Shown: piece by piece, positions 28,289 through 37,185 of the stretch
Layout: each line of letters begins with the position of its first letter
How positions within the stretch are numbered: the first letter of the stretch is position 1
Origin: an uncultured Clostridium sp.
GTDB lineage: Bacteria; Bacillota; Clostridia; TANB77; CAG-508
Reading direction: 5' to 3'
Length of the DNA: 64,000 nt
NCBI GenBank assembly: GCA_958422985.1
Contig: CATZPY010000003.1
Location: forward strand, 21,671-85,670
Notes under the pieces: model-generated
The model's database searches: none
What the model was told of the DNA's origin: nothing
The model's input: only the letters and a program-made list of their open reading frames with translations
Position numbers and translations under genes: made by a program

Positions 28289-28304
28289 AAATAGAGGTGA
28301 TTAT

Positions 28305-29039
28305 ATGAAAGATACTGTTATTGTAATTACAGGTGGACATGGGGGAATAGGTAGAGTAGTAGTTTCTAATTTTTTAAAACAAGGTGCTAAAGTAGTAGTT
28401 TTAGATAAAGATGATACTACATCTAAAGCTATTCTAGAAAATGAAAATTACACTTTTATAAAAACTGATGTTACTAAAATAGAAGAGCTTCAAAATGCTC
28501 ATAAAATAATAGAAAACAAATATGGCTATATTAATTATTTAATAAGTATGGCAGGAATTAACATGAAAAGTGAAATAGATGGAATTAGAGGAATAACCTT
28601 TAATGACATAGATAAGTCTATAAGCTTAAATTTAACAGCACATATATACCTTATAAAAATAATGCTAGACTTAATAGAAAAGTCTAAAGATATTTCTAAA
28701 AGAGCTATTTTAATGATATCTTCTATAAATGCAATAACTAGATATGGTTTGCCAGCATATAGTGCTGCGAAATCTGGAATATATGGTTTTATGAAATCTA
28801 TTTTAAATGAACTAGGAACTTCTAATATAAGGGTAAACACAATTTCATTAGGAACTGTGCCACATATGGAACAAGAAATAGAAGGTGATGAATATTTTGA
28901 AAATTATAAGAATCATTTGCCTATTAAAAGTTTTGTTAGACCAACAGATGTTTATGATGCAATTTATTCTTTATTAGAAATAGCTAAAGGTGTTAATGGA
29001 CAAAACCTAGTTCTAGATATGGGACAAAGTTTAAGATAA
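28305..29039 (+). CDS. Short-chain dehydrogenase/reductase (SDR)
   Basis: It has the cofactor motif ITGGHGGIGR, and the catalytic S (MISSINA) and YSAAK. Confidence 0.85.
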   Translation: MKDTVIVITGGHGGIGRVVVSNFLKQGAKVVVLDKDDTTSKAILENENYTFIKTDVTKIEELQNAHKIIENKYGYINYLISMAGINMKSEIDGIRGITFNDIDKSISLNLTAHIYLIKIMLDLIEKSKDISKRAILMISSINAITRYGLPAYSAAKSGIYGFMKSILNELGTSNIRVNTISLGTVPHMEQEIEGDEYFENYKNHLPIKSFVRPTDVYDAIYSLLEIAKGVNGQNLVLDMGQSLR

Positions 29040-29051
29040 AGGAGATTAATT

Positions 29052-29876
29052 ATGGCAAATATTTCTGTTATTATACCAGTATATAATGCACAAAATACCA
29101 TAGAAAAAACAATAAACTCTGTATTAAAGAGTAAGGAAGATATAGAACTTATTCTTGTAATAGATGGATTAAGTGATAATTCGCTAAATATATGCGAAGA
29201 AATGAAGAAAAAAGATAGCAGAATAAAAATAATCGTTCAAGAAAATAAAGGAGCATTATGTGCTAGAATAAATGGAATTAAAAGTGCAACTGGAAAGTAT
29301 GTAATGTTTCTAGATGCAGATGATGAATATATAGATGGTGTTTTTAGCAAAATGAATGAAATTATAAATAAATATTCACCAGACTTAATTAAATTTAGAT
29401 ATAAAAAAGAGAATTATGAACAATATAAATATTTTAGTGAAAACGAAATATTTATTAATAAAAAAGACTTTAGCGAAAAAGTATATCCTATGTTTTTTGA
29501 AGGATATCAATTAAATGCTATATGGAATAGCTGTGTAAAGAAATCTTGTTTAGATAGTATAAGTGCCCCAAACCAAAGACTAAGATATGCTGAAGATTTA
29601 ATGATGAATTTAAATATATTTACAAATATAAATTCAGCAGTATTTCTAAACGATATTTACTATTTTTATAACACAAATTCAAGTAGTATTACACAATCTA
29701 GAAAAAGTAGTAAAAAATGGCTAGAAATATTGCAAAATGCTGTAGATGTATATTCTTCATTATTCTCTTATCTTAATATTTGGAATATGTATACAGCTAC
29801 AAATGTAAAACTTGTACAAGAACGACTAGCAAAAGAAGTCAATATAATTATAAATATATTAAATACAATGAATTAA
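29052..29876 (+). CDS. Family 2 glycosyltransferase
   Basis: GT2 signatures are ISVIIPVYNAQNTIEKTINSVL, LILVIDGLSDNS and FLDADDE. Confidence 0.8.
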   Translation: MANISVIIPVYNAQNTIEKTINSVLKSKEDIELILVIDGLSDNSLNICEEMKKKDSRIKIIVQENKGALCARINGIKSATGKYVMFLDADDEYIDGVFSKMNEIINKYSPDLIKFRYKKENYEQYKYFSENEIFINKKDFSEKVYPMFFEGYQLNAIWNSCVKKSCLDSISAPNQRLRYAEDLMMNLNIFTNINSAVFLNDIYYFYNTNSSSITQSRKSSKKWLEILQNAVDVYSSLFSYLNIWNMYTATNVKLVQERLAKEVNIIINILNTMN

Positions 29877-29895
29877 AATTTCATTGTATTTTTTT
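29862..29895 (+). terminator. Rho-independent terminator overlapping the GT2 stop codon
   Basis: AATACAATGAA-TTAAAAT-TTCATTGTATT is a perfect 11-bp stem followed by T5. Confidence 0.65.
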
Positions 29896-29946
29896 ATAGT
29901 AGGAAGTTGCTCCTAGTAGGAGAAACTTCTGTACTAGATAATTATG

Positions 29947-30008
29947 ACGTACCTTAGATTTTCTTAGAATTTACATTTGTTAGAAAATCTTAGGTACGTT
30001 TTTTTTTA
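29947..30008 (+). terminator. Second long hairpin with T-run; a copy of dispersed repeat family 2
   Basis: ACGTACCTTAGATTTTCT ... AGAAAATCTTAGGTACGT is an 18-bp stem with one mismatch, followed by T9. Confidence 0.65.
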
Positions 30009-30015
30009 TTTACTC

Positions 30016-30066
30016 TTGCATAAAAACAAATGTTCTGATATAATTTTTAAAAGCGAACAAACATTC
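30016..30066 (+). promoter_or_regulatory. Promoter (TTGCAT-17-TATAAT) overlapped by two LexA (Cheo)-box-like sites
   Basis: The -35 is at 30016-30021 and the -10 at 30039-30044. Box 1, AAAC-AAAT-GTTC (30024-30035), lies inside the spacer. Box 2, (C)GAAC-AAAC-ATTC (30055-30066), lies at the predicted transcription start. The Gram-positive consensus is GAAC-N4-GTTC. Confidence 0.5.
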
Positions 30067-30088
30067 TAGTACGTAAGGAGGAAAAAAT

Positions 30089-30358
30089 ATGAAATCGAAA
30101 AGGGGACTAATTATAATAATTTTTATAGTAATAATTGCATTTGCAAAGACTAGCTACTCTAAACAAGAAGTTAATTACAAGGTTACAATTATAGACTTTG
30201 GCGAAACACTATGGTCAATAGCGAAAAAAGAACAGGAAACAAATAAATATTATGAGGGGAAAGATATAAGATTTGTAATAAACGATATAAAGTACAACAA
30301 TAATTTAAAAGATTCTAATTTATATGAGGGAATGGAATTAAAAATACCTTCTATGTAG
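30089..30358 (+). CDS. yneA: Small membrane-anchored LysM protein, YneA-like (candidate SOS cell-division inhibitor)
   Basis: It is 89 aa with an N-terminal TM helix (LIIIIFIVIIAFA) and a LysM domain (YKVTIIDFGETLWSIAKKE...LYEGMELKIPS). This is the same architecture as B. subtilis YneA. The RBS is AAGGAGG. Confidence 0.5.
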   Translation: MKSKRGLIIIIFIVIIAFAKTSYSKQEVNYKVTIIDFGETLWSIAKKEQETNKYYEGKDIRFVINDIKYNNNLKDSNLYEGMELKIPSM

Positions 30359-30497
30359 CATAATTTTATATAATAATTAATCGATTTACTTGAAAATATA
30401 AAGTATGAATTATATAATTTTATAAAATAATAAAAGTAAAAATCTTTAGCAATCAATAAGTAAAAAATAGTATTTAAGGAGTTAAGTATTATAATAA

Positions 30498-31571
30498 ATG
30501 AAAAGATATTCAAATACATCATTAATAAAATTTATAGTCAACAAAATTAAACACTTAAAACCCAAAGTAATAATATTATTACTTTTACTAATTATTATAT
30601 TTTCAGTTATAATTAGTCTTATATTAGTAAACAATTCAAAACAAAAATGGGTTACTTACGCAGGAAATAATCTAAATGAAAATAGATATCCTGGCTATAA
30701 AGAAGCTATAGATAAATTAAAAAAAGAACATCCAAACTGGGAGTTTACGCTTTTCTATACAAAATTAGATTGGAAAGATGTGATAAAAAATGAAAGTCAC
30801 TCTAATAAAAATATGCCTTTAAATTTAGTACCAAAATCAGATAAATATGGTAAAGATTGGCAATGTAAAAAAGATAAAGGAAAAACATACGATAATGGAA
30901 ATTGGCTATGTGCCTCAAGTAAAGCAATAGAATATAAAATGGACCCAAGGATCTTGTTAAATGAAAATGATATATTTCAATTAAAAGACTTACAATATGC
31001 AGAAAATTCTACAACCAAGGAAGGAATAATGAAAAAAACGAAAAATACTTTTTTAGAAGGTAGTAGTATTGCAGAAGCAATTTTAAAATCTGGGAAAGAT
31101 AATAATATAGACCCATATTTTATTGTTTCTAGGCTGATACAAGAACAAGGTAAAAAAGGAACTAAATTGTCTAGAGGATATAAATATAAAGATAAAATAG
31201 TATATAATCCATTTAATATAGCAGCTTCAGGAAATTTGCAGTCAACAATTATAAATAATGCAGCAGAATATGCATATTCGAACGAATGGTTTTCGCTAGA
31301 AAAAGCTTTATTAGAAGGAGTAAATTTTATTAATACAAAATATATTAATGAAAAGCAAAGCACATTATATTTGCAAAAATTCGATATAATAAAAGAAAAT
31401 ACATTATATAATAATCAATATATGCAAAATTTATTGGCACCAACATCTGAAAGCCAAATTTTAATAGAACAATATGAAAACTCTAATACATTAGATTCTA
31501 ATTTTAACTTTATAATTCCATTATACGAAAATATGCCAAAAAACTTAACAAAAGAACCAAAAGGAGAATAA
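30498..31571 (+). CDS. Membrane-anchored glucosaminidase-domain peptidoglycan hydrolase-like protein
   Basis: It has an N-terminal TM helix. The region NIDPYFIVSRLIQEQGKKGTKLSRGY...YNPFNI resembles the mannosyl-glycoprotein endo-beta-N-acetylglucosaminidase (LytD/FlgJ) catalytic region. Confidence 0.5.
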   Translation: MKRYSNTSLIKFIVNKIKHLKPKVIILLLLLIIIFSVIISLILVNNSKQKWVTYAGNNLNENRYPGYKEAIDKLKKEHPNWEFTLFYTKLDWKDVIKNESHSNKNMPLNLVPKSDKYGKDWQCKKDKGKTYDNGNWLCASSKAIEYKMDPRILLNENDIFQLKDLQYAENSTTKEGIMKKTKNTFLEGSSIAEAILKSGKDNNIDPYFIVSRLIQEQGKKGTKLSRGYKYKDKIVYNPFNIAASGNLQSTIINNAAEYAYSNEWFSLEKALLEGVNFINTKYINEKQSTLYLQKFDIIKENTLYNNQYMQNLLAPTSESQILIEQYENSNTLDSNFNFIIPLYENMPKNLTKEPKGE

Positions 31572-31573
31572 TT

Positions 31574-32206
31574 ATGAGTTCAATAATTAGTCATATTTAT
31601 ATATCTAATATACTAAAAGAAAAATATAATTTAAATAATGAATTTTTATATGGAGCTATGTTACCAGATGTATTAACTGTAGCAGTTAATTTTAAAACAA
31701 AGAATACAACACATTATTTGCAACATGGTATATTAAATGAAAATGAAGGTGATTATCCAGACATAGAAAAATTTATAAATGAAAATAAGTTATCTTTACC
31801 AAAAAACTTAATGCTACAAGGATATTTAGCTCATTTAATAGAAGACATGATATGGTATAGTATTTCTATTCCTAATATGGCAATAAAAAGAGATGATAAA
31901 ATTGTATTATATACTAAAGATAATTCTATTCATTCAGAAGAAGAATTTTCGAAAGATATATATTCAGATTATCCCATTATAGATAGATATCTTTTAAAGA
32001 ATTCTAACATTAATATTAGCGAATTACAAAATGAATTTTTAGAAATATCGGATGATGAAGGTCTAAAGAAAGCAATTAAAGAAAATTTTAAACTATTTGA
32101 TTTAAGAAATAATAAATTAAATTTAGTTACAGAAGATATTTTAAAATATTATATAGAAACTTCTTTAGAAAAAGTCAGCTTGGTTTTAGACAAAATATAT
32201 AAATAA
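31574..32206 (+). CDS. Hypothetical protein, paralog of 6696..7214 (possible PLC-like zinc hydrolase fold)
   Basis: It shows the same motif order as its paralog: H(7), MLPD, THY, GYLAHLIED. The start lies 2 nt after the upstream stop. Confidence 0.35.
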   Translation: MSSIISHIYISNILKEKYNLNNEFLYGAMLPDVLTVAVNFKTKNTTHYLQHGILNENEGDYPDIEKFINENKLSLPKNLMLQGYLAHLIEDMIWYSISIPNMAIKRDDKIVLYTKDNSIHSEEEFSKDIYSDYPIIDRYLLKNSNINISELQNEFLEISDDEGLKKAIKENFKLFDLRNNKLNLVTEDILKYYIETSLEKVSLVLDKIYK

Positions 32207-32226
32207 AAAGGAAAAGGAGAATAAAG

Positions 32227-33201
32227 ATGTGTACATGTATAGACTTTAAAACAAAAGATAATTATTTTGGTAGGAATTTAGATTTAGAGTATAGGTTTAA
32301 TGAAAAAGTAGTTATAACACCAAGAAACTATAAATTTAATTTAAAAAATGGTACTTCTATAACTTCAAAATATTCTATGATAGGAATGGCAACAGTAGTT
32401 AGTAATTATCCTTTGTATGCAGAAGCAACAAATGAAAAAGGACTATCTATGGCAGGATTATATTTTCCTAAAAATGCTTGCTTTTTTAAAGAGGAAGATA
32501 ATAAATTAAATTTAACCCCATATGAACTTATACCATATTTTTTAGGTTTATATTCATCTATATCAGAAATTAAAAAAGACATTACAAATCTAAATATCAC
32601 CGATACTCCTTTTTCAAAAGAAATGCCAGTATCGGACTTACATTGGATGATAAGTGATGAAAGTGAATGTATTGTTATCGAACAAATGGAAGATGGATTA
32701 AAAGTGTACAATAATCCAATAGGTGTACTTACTAATAATCCACCTTTTGACTACCATTTAAATAATATTAATAATTATAGTAATTTAAGCCCATATAATA
32801 GTAAAAATACATTTTCGAATAAAATTAATTTAAATCAATACGGACAAGGTATGGGTGCAATAGGTTTGCCAGGCGATAACTCACCTGCTTCAAGATTTAT
32901 AAGAGCCTCTTTTAATAAACTAAATTCTAAATGCAAAGATGATGAAAAAAGTTCTGTAACACAATTTTTTCATATATTAGATTCTGTAAGCATGGTACAA
33001 GGTACAACCATAACTAAAGAAAATAAAAACGATATTACCACATATTCGTGTTGTATAAATACATCTAAAGGTATATATTATTATAAAACATATACTAACA
33101 ATCAAATAATTGCAATAAAGATGTCTGAAAAAGAAAAAAATAATAAGGATTTATCAATTTTTGATTTAATAGAAGAACAGCAAATAAAATATATTAATTA
33201 A
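32227..33201 (+). CDS. Choloylglycine (bile salt) hydrolase family Ntn hydrolase
   Basis: It has the MCT N-terminus (Cys2 nucleophile), FGRNLD, HWMISD, GVLTNNPPFDYH and GLPGDNSPASRFIR. It strongly resembles Clostridium perfringens CBAH as I recall it. Confidence 0.85.
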   Translation: MCTCIDFKTKDNYFGRNLDLEYRFNEKVVITPRNYKFNLKNGTSITSKYSMIGMATVVSNYPLYAEATNEKGLSMAGLYFPKNACFFKEEDNKLNLTPYELIPYFLGLYSSISEIKKDITNLNITDTPFSKEMPVSDLHWMISDESECIVIEQMEDGLKVYNNPIGVLTNNPPFDYHLNNINNYSNLSPYNSKNTFSNKINLNQYGQGMGAIGLPGDNSPASRFIRASFNKLNSKCKDDEKSSVTQFFHILDSVSMVQGTTITKENKNDITTYSCCINTSKGIYYYKTYTNNQIIAIKMSEKEKNNKDLSIFDLIEEQQIKYIN

Positions 33202-33219
33202 AATATGGAGGAAAGATAT

Positions 33220-34200
33220 ATGCAATTTGATAGAATTTTATTATCTTCTTGCACCAAAATAAAAGATGAAGGAGAGCTATCAGGGAACTTTACATCTGTA
33301 ATTGGTGAATATTTTATTCCTAACGAAAATAAAACAGGTTTTTATAAAACAAATGCTGGTATTAAGAGCACTGCAGATTTAAGAGAACTATTAGCATCTA
33401 TATTATTACAAGAAATAAAAATACCAGTTTCAGATATCCTACTTGCTTATGATGACGAACATAATGAAAAAGGATGTATTTCTATGAATATTTTAAATGA
33501 AGGCGAACAATTTTTAGAAATATTTCCATATCCCTATGATGAGATTCCACAGAATTTAAGAGAATTTAATTTAGATAATTTTATAGAATCAGATTTATAT
33601 GTTTATAAATTAAAATATAATTTCACACCAGAACTAATTCAAGAAAGAAGAGATTTTTTAGTTAACTATGTTTTTATATCAGCCTTTTTAGGAAATGATG
33701 ATATAAAAACAGATAATTGCCAAGCAATATTTAACAAAAGAAATGGTAGCATAAGAAACCCTGAATATTATGATATGGGAAAAGCATTTCAAGAAAAGTC
33801 TGTTAATGGAACTTCGAGAAAATTTTTTCAGAATCAAACAGATATAGACGTATTAAAAGAAATTTATGAAAATTATCCAGACAAAATAAGAGATGTTTCA
33901 GAAAAGATTGAAAAATCTTTGGATAAAAAATTCATACAAAATGTATTAGATAATGAGGTTTTTAAAGAATTTGATGGAGAAACACGAAAAGAAATTTGGC
34001 AAAGTATGGGAGAGAAGATAACATATATTTCAAAACAAAATGAATTATTGTATGATATGCATCACGCAAATGACTCATTCATAATTCCTTTAGATTCTAT
34101 AGAAGAACTAACACAAAAAACAGATATTGTGCTAGTTGATAAAGCAAAGAAATTCTTACATTCATTAAGGCAGAAAGTATTGGGAGGAGCTGAAAGATAA
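33220..34200 (+). CDS. HipA_C-like (protein-kinase-fold) protein
   Basis: FLVNYVFISAFLGNDDIKTDNCQAIF...IRNPEYYDMGKAF matches the HipA catalytic-loop pattern hhGNxDxxxxNhxhh...xPxYDxxxx. The start is placed 8 nt after GGAGG. Confidence 0.45.
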   Translation: MQFDRILLSSCTKIKDEGELSGNFTSVIGEYFIPNENKTGFYKTNAGIKSTADLRELLASILLQEIKIPVSDILLAYDDEHNEKGCISMNILNEGEQFLEIFPYPYDEIPQNLREFNLDNFIESDLYVYKLKYNFTPELIQERRDFLVNYVFISAFLGNDDIKTDNCQAIFNKRNGSIRNPEYYDMGKAFQEKSVNGTSRKFFQNQTDIDVLKEIYENYPDKIRDVSEKIEKSLDKKFIQNVLDNEVFKEFDGETRKEIWQSMGEKITYISKQNELLYDMHHANDSFIIPLDSIEELTQKTDIVLVDKAKKFLHSLRQKVLGGAER

Positions 34201-34667
34201 TGGTAAATACAACAAATATAGATTATGCAAAATCTTGTACAGAAATACTTGCTATAATATATAATATGTCTATAGAAAACTTTAATAAAGTACCTCCCGA
34301 AGTTATAAAATCTTTAGAAGAAAACAAAGATCCTAATTACAATTTTAAATTAGACTATAGTAAGGACATAAATGAACAGAATATTTCTGAATTCGCGATA
34401 GCAATGCTTAAAAATGTGTATAGAGATTATTGGGCTACAGAAAATACAAGACAAAAAATATTATTTGATGAAGCAAACAGAAGATATGAAAAGGAAAAAA
34501 TTAGACGTGAACTATATAATCCAGATAATATTTTTAAAACCATGAGTAAAACTAATAATAGAAAGGAAACGACAACCGCAATTGTTCCTGCTAAAGAAGA
34601 GAATATATTAAAAAGGCTATTAAGAAAGCTAAAAAGCAATATATGGAGGAAAACAAGTGAAAAATAA
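34200..34667 (+). CDS. Hypothetical protein (155 aa), translationally coupled to the HipA-like gene
   Basis: There is a TAATG stop/start overlap. The protein is basic and helical with no recognised motif. Confidence 0.5.
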   Translation: MVNTTNIDYAKSCTEILAIIYNMSIENFNKVPPEVIKSLEENKDPNYNFKLDYSKDINEQNISEFAIAMLKNVYRDYWATENTRQKILFDEANRRYEKEKIRRELYNPDNIFKTMSKTNNRKETTTAIVPAKEENILKRLLRKLKSNIWRKTSEK

Positions 34668-35463
34668 AAATAAAATAATAATCGTAATAATATCCATTAT
34701 ATTTGTTGCGATTACAGGATGTACTATATACGAAATTACTACAAGGGATAACAAGTATTATATAAGCGAAAAAAAACTAGAAATTCCTATTTTTGTATAT
34801 CATAATATTGTAGATGACGAATCACAAGTGTATTATGATTATATGCAAACTACTAAGGAGACATTTGAAGACCAGATTAAAGGTTTAAAAAGTATTGGAT
34901 ATCATTTTATAACTTATGAAGATTTAAAAGCATATAAAGAAGGAAAAAAGGAATTGTATAAGCGATCATGTATATTAACTTTTGATGATGGCTATGAAGA
35001 AGTTTATAAAAATGCTTATCCAATAGCAACTAAATATAATATTCCATTTACAATGTTTATCATAACAAATAATGTTGGAACACCTGGTACAATTACTTGG
35101 AATGAAGCAAAAGAGATGAAAGAAAGTGGCTTAGTAACAATTGCTTCACATAGTGAAGACCACGCAAATTTTAATAAACTAACAGTTATGGATGCAGTAA
35201 ATAATGTAAACAATTCTTATAATAATATAGAAAAGAATTTATCTACTGAGAGCACTAAGATTTTTACATATCCATATGGCTTATATACAGAAGAAGAAAT
35301 AAATGAATTAACTAATTTGGGATATATTCAAAATTTAACAGATAATAGGATTAATACAAGTGAAAATTTAGATTTATCTAGGCTACATAGGTGCTATCCT
35401 TTAAGTGATTCTACCTACAAAATTCTTCTTAAAATAATGTATAGAAATTTAAGATATAACTAA
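34657..35463 (+). CDS. Membrane-anchored polysaccharide (peptidoglycan) deacetylase, NodB/CE4 family
   Basis: It has an N-terminal TM helix, TFDDGYEEVY (the Asp-Asp motif), and HSEDHANF (the His-His motif). The GTG start overlaps the preceding ORF by 11 nt. Confidence 0.8.
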   Translation: MKNKNKIIIVIISIIFVAITGCTIYEITTRDNKYYISEKKLEIPIFVYHNIVDDESQVYYDYMQTTKETFEDQIKGLKSIGYHFITYEDLKAYKEGKKELYKRSCILTFDDGYEEVYKNAYPIATKYNIPFTMFIITNNVGTPGTITWNEAKEMKESGLVTIASHSEDHANFNKLTVMDAVNNVNNSYNNIEKNLSTESTKIFTYPYGLYTEEEINELTNLGYIQNLTDNRINTSENLDLSRLHRCYPLSDSTYKILLKIMYRNLRYN

Positions 35464-35652
35464 TTGTCCAAATATTAAAACGCATAAGAGGACAAAAGCA
35501 ATTAACTATTTTTATCCTTTTATGTGCTTTCAAAAATTAATTTAATTTGAAATTTCGTATACATATTTCTTATAAAATGCATATGAAATGTCGAAATTTT
35601 GACTAAAGGATGGTATAGGCTGTTATATTATTTAGTAGGAGATGGAAAAATA

Positions 35653-36183
35653 ATGAAAAAAATAACAAAGCATGGAAAAAAAAGATTGAAACAAAGAAAT
35701 AAAAATCAATGTCGTAATGGAATAGCTAATATTGCAAAAAAGTGTGGAAAAACCAAAAGATATTTTGAAGGAGAATTTTATGAATATTTATTAACGAAAT
35801 CCTCAAGAGATTGCACAGTTAAAGTATATAAAAACGATATTTACATTTATGCTAGGACTTCTAAAAAGCTTATTACAACATATCCTGTACCAAAAAAATT
35901 TATCCCGACAGAACAATATTTACTTGAAAAAGAAAAAAGATATGTAATTGAAAATATAGTAAAATATTTAAACAAAAATGTTATAATAACATTAAAAAAT
36001 GGTGAAAAAATACAAGGAATTATAATTGACAAAACTAAAAATAACTTACTGCAAATTTGTGAAGTAATACTAAAAGTAAATGAGCAAAGTATAGTTTTAG
36101 AAGTAGATAACATAGAAAAAATAGAATTGGACTATGATATATTTAACAAAGAAATTATGCAAGCAATGGGAATATCTGCTTAA
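35653..36183 (+). CDS. Hypothetical protein; the N-terminal ITKHGKKRLKQR motif is reminiscent of DUF4258-type small toxin domains, and the C-terminal half looks Sm/beta-barrel-like
   Basis: The start is placed at the ATG after GGAGATGG. The family assignment is a weak guess from a HAxxRxxxR-like motif. Confidence 0.4.
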   Translation: MKKITKHGKKRLKQRNKNQCRNGIANIAKKCGKTKRYFEGEFYEYLLTKSSRDCTVKVYKNDIYIYARTSKKLITTYPVPKKFIPTEQYLLEKEKRYVIENIVKYLNKNVIITLKNGEKIQGIIIDKTKNNLLQICEVILKVNEQSIVLEVDNIEKIELDYDIFNKEIMQAMGISA

Positions 36184-36786
36184 TCAAAAGATAAATTATT
36201 TAAATCTTTAAAGGACTATGAGGTGTTTATCACGGTGGAGTAGGGGGATAGTGCATTTTTCAATATTGTCAAATTTGATTAAAAACTTTTGTGCAAAGTA
36301 AAAATAATATCAGAAATTTAAAATTGAATTTTCAAAATTAGAATTTATAAAAAAATAAATTTGAAAAAATTTTATAGAAAACAAATTTATATAATTATAA
36401 TAAAAATTTTAATTACGAACATTAAAATTCTAAAAACCGAACAATTGTTATTTGATGTTTTTTTACAAATTTAATGTTATATATTTTATACAATAATTAT
36501 TGTTATTAAACTCAAAATGGATTTTTAGTAATTTTGATTATAAATATGTAATATGTGTGTATTTAAAATATAAAAACTAATCTTATCGATTTTAAGAGTT
36601 GTATTAAAAAATATTGACCTCTCAAAATCGTTTTTAAGCTGTTTTAATTTTTAAGCTAATAAATTGCTCATTTAAAATATAACTAATTATTTAAAGTTTA
36701 GAATTTTTGCGGTTTGGCTATTAAAAATATATTTTTTGCAGATAATTTATCTATATATAAAAATGCTAAAAAAGTGCTAAAAAAGC

Positions 36787-36809
36787 GACGCACGAGAATC
36801 GATTTTAAG
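36787..36809 (+). repeat. 23-bp direct repeat, copy 1 (GACGCACGAGAATCGATTTTAAG)
   Basis: It is identical to 37584..37606. Shorter related copies (ATCGATTTTAAG / AATCGTTTTTAAG) occur at 36585 and 36616-36638. Confidence 0.85.
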
Positions 36810-37185
36810 CGTTTTTAAAAAAACAAACATATAGTTTGTTGTCTGCAAAATAATGCAAAATAAGCGATTTGAAGAATTTGCGAAATTTTGATAAAAATAT
36901 TTTAGAACTACTAGAAAAAATTATATAATAATATAATGAAAGATTTAAATAAATAATATAAGTGTATTAAATAAGGACGCTTGTAACAAACGTATAGGTT
37001 TAGCAAGATGGTGATAGTGGATACCAATATTGGAAGTCCATATAATTTTACCCCTATGCCTTTTTGCACAAAACTTTGATTTTGCGCAATGTTATATATT
37101 GCAAAATAACCTGTATCTTGCCTCTATCTCTTTCCCCTCTAGCATTAAAATGCTTTTCATAATATCTTTAGCCATTATATTTTAT

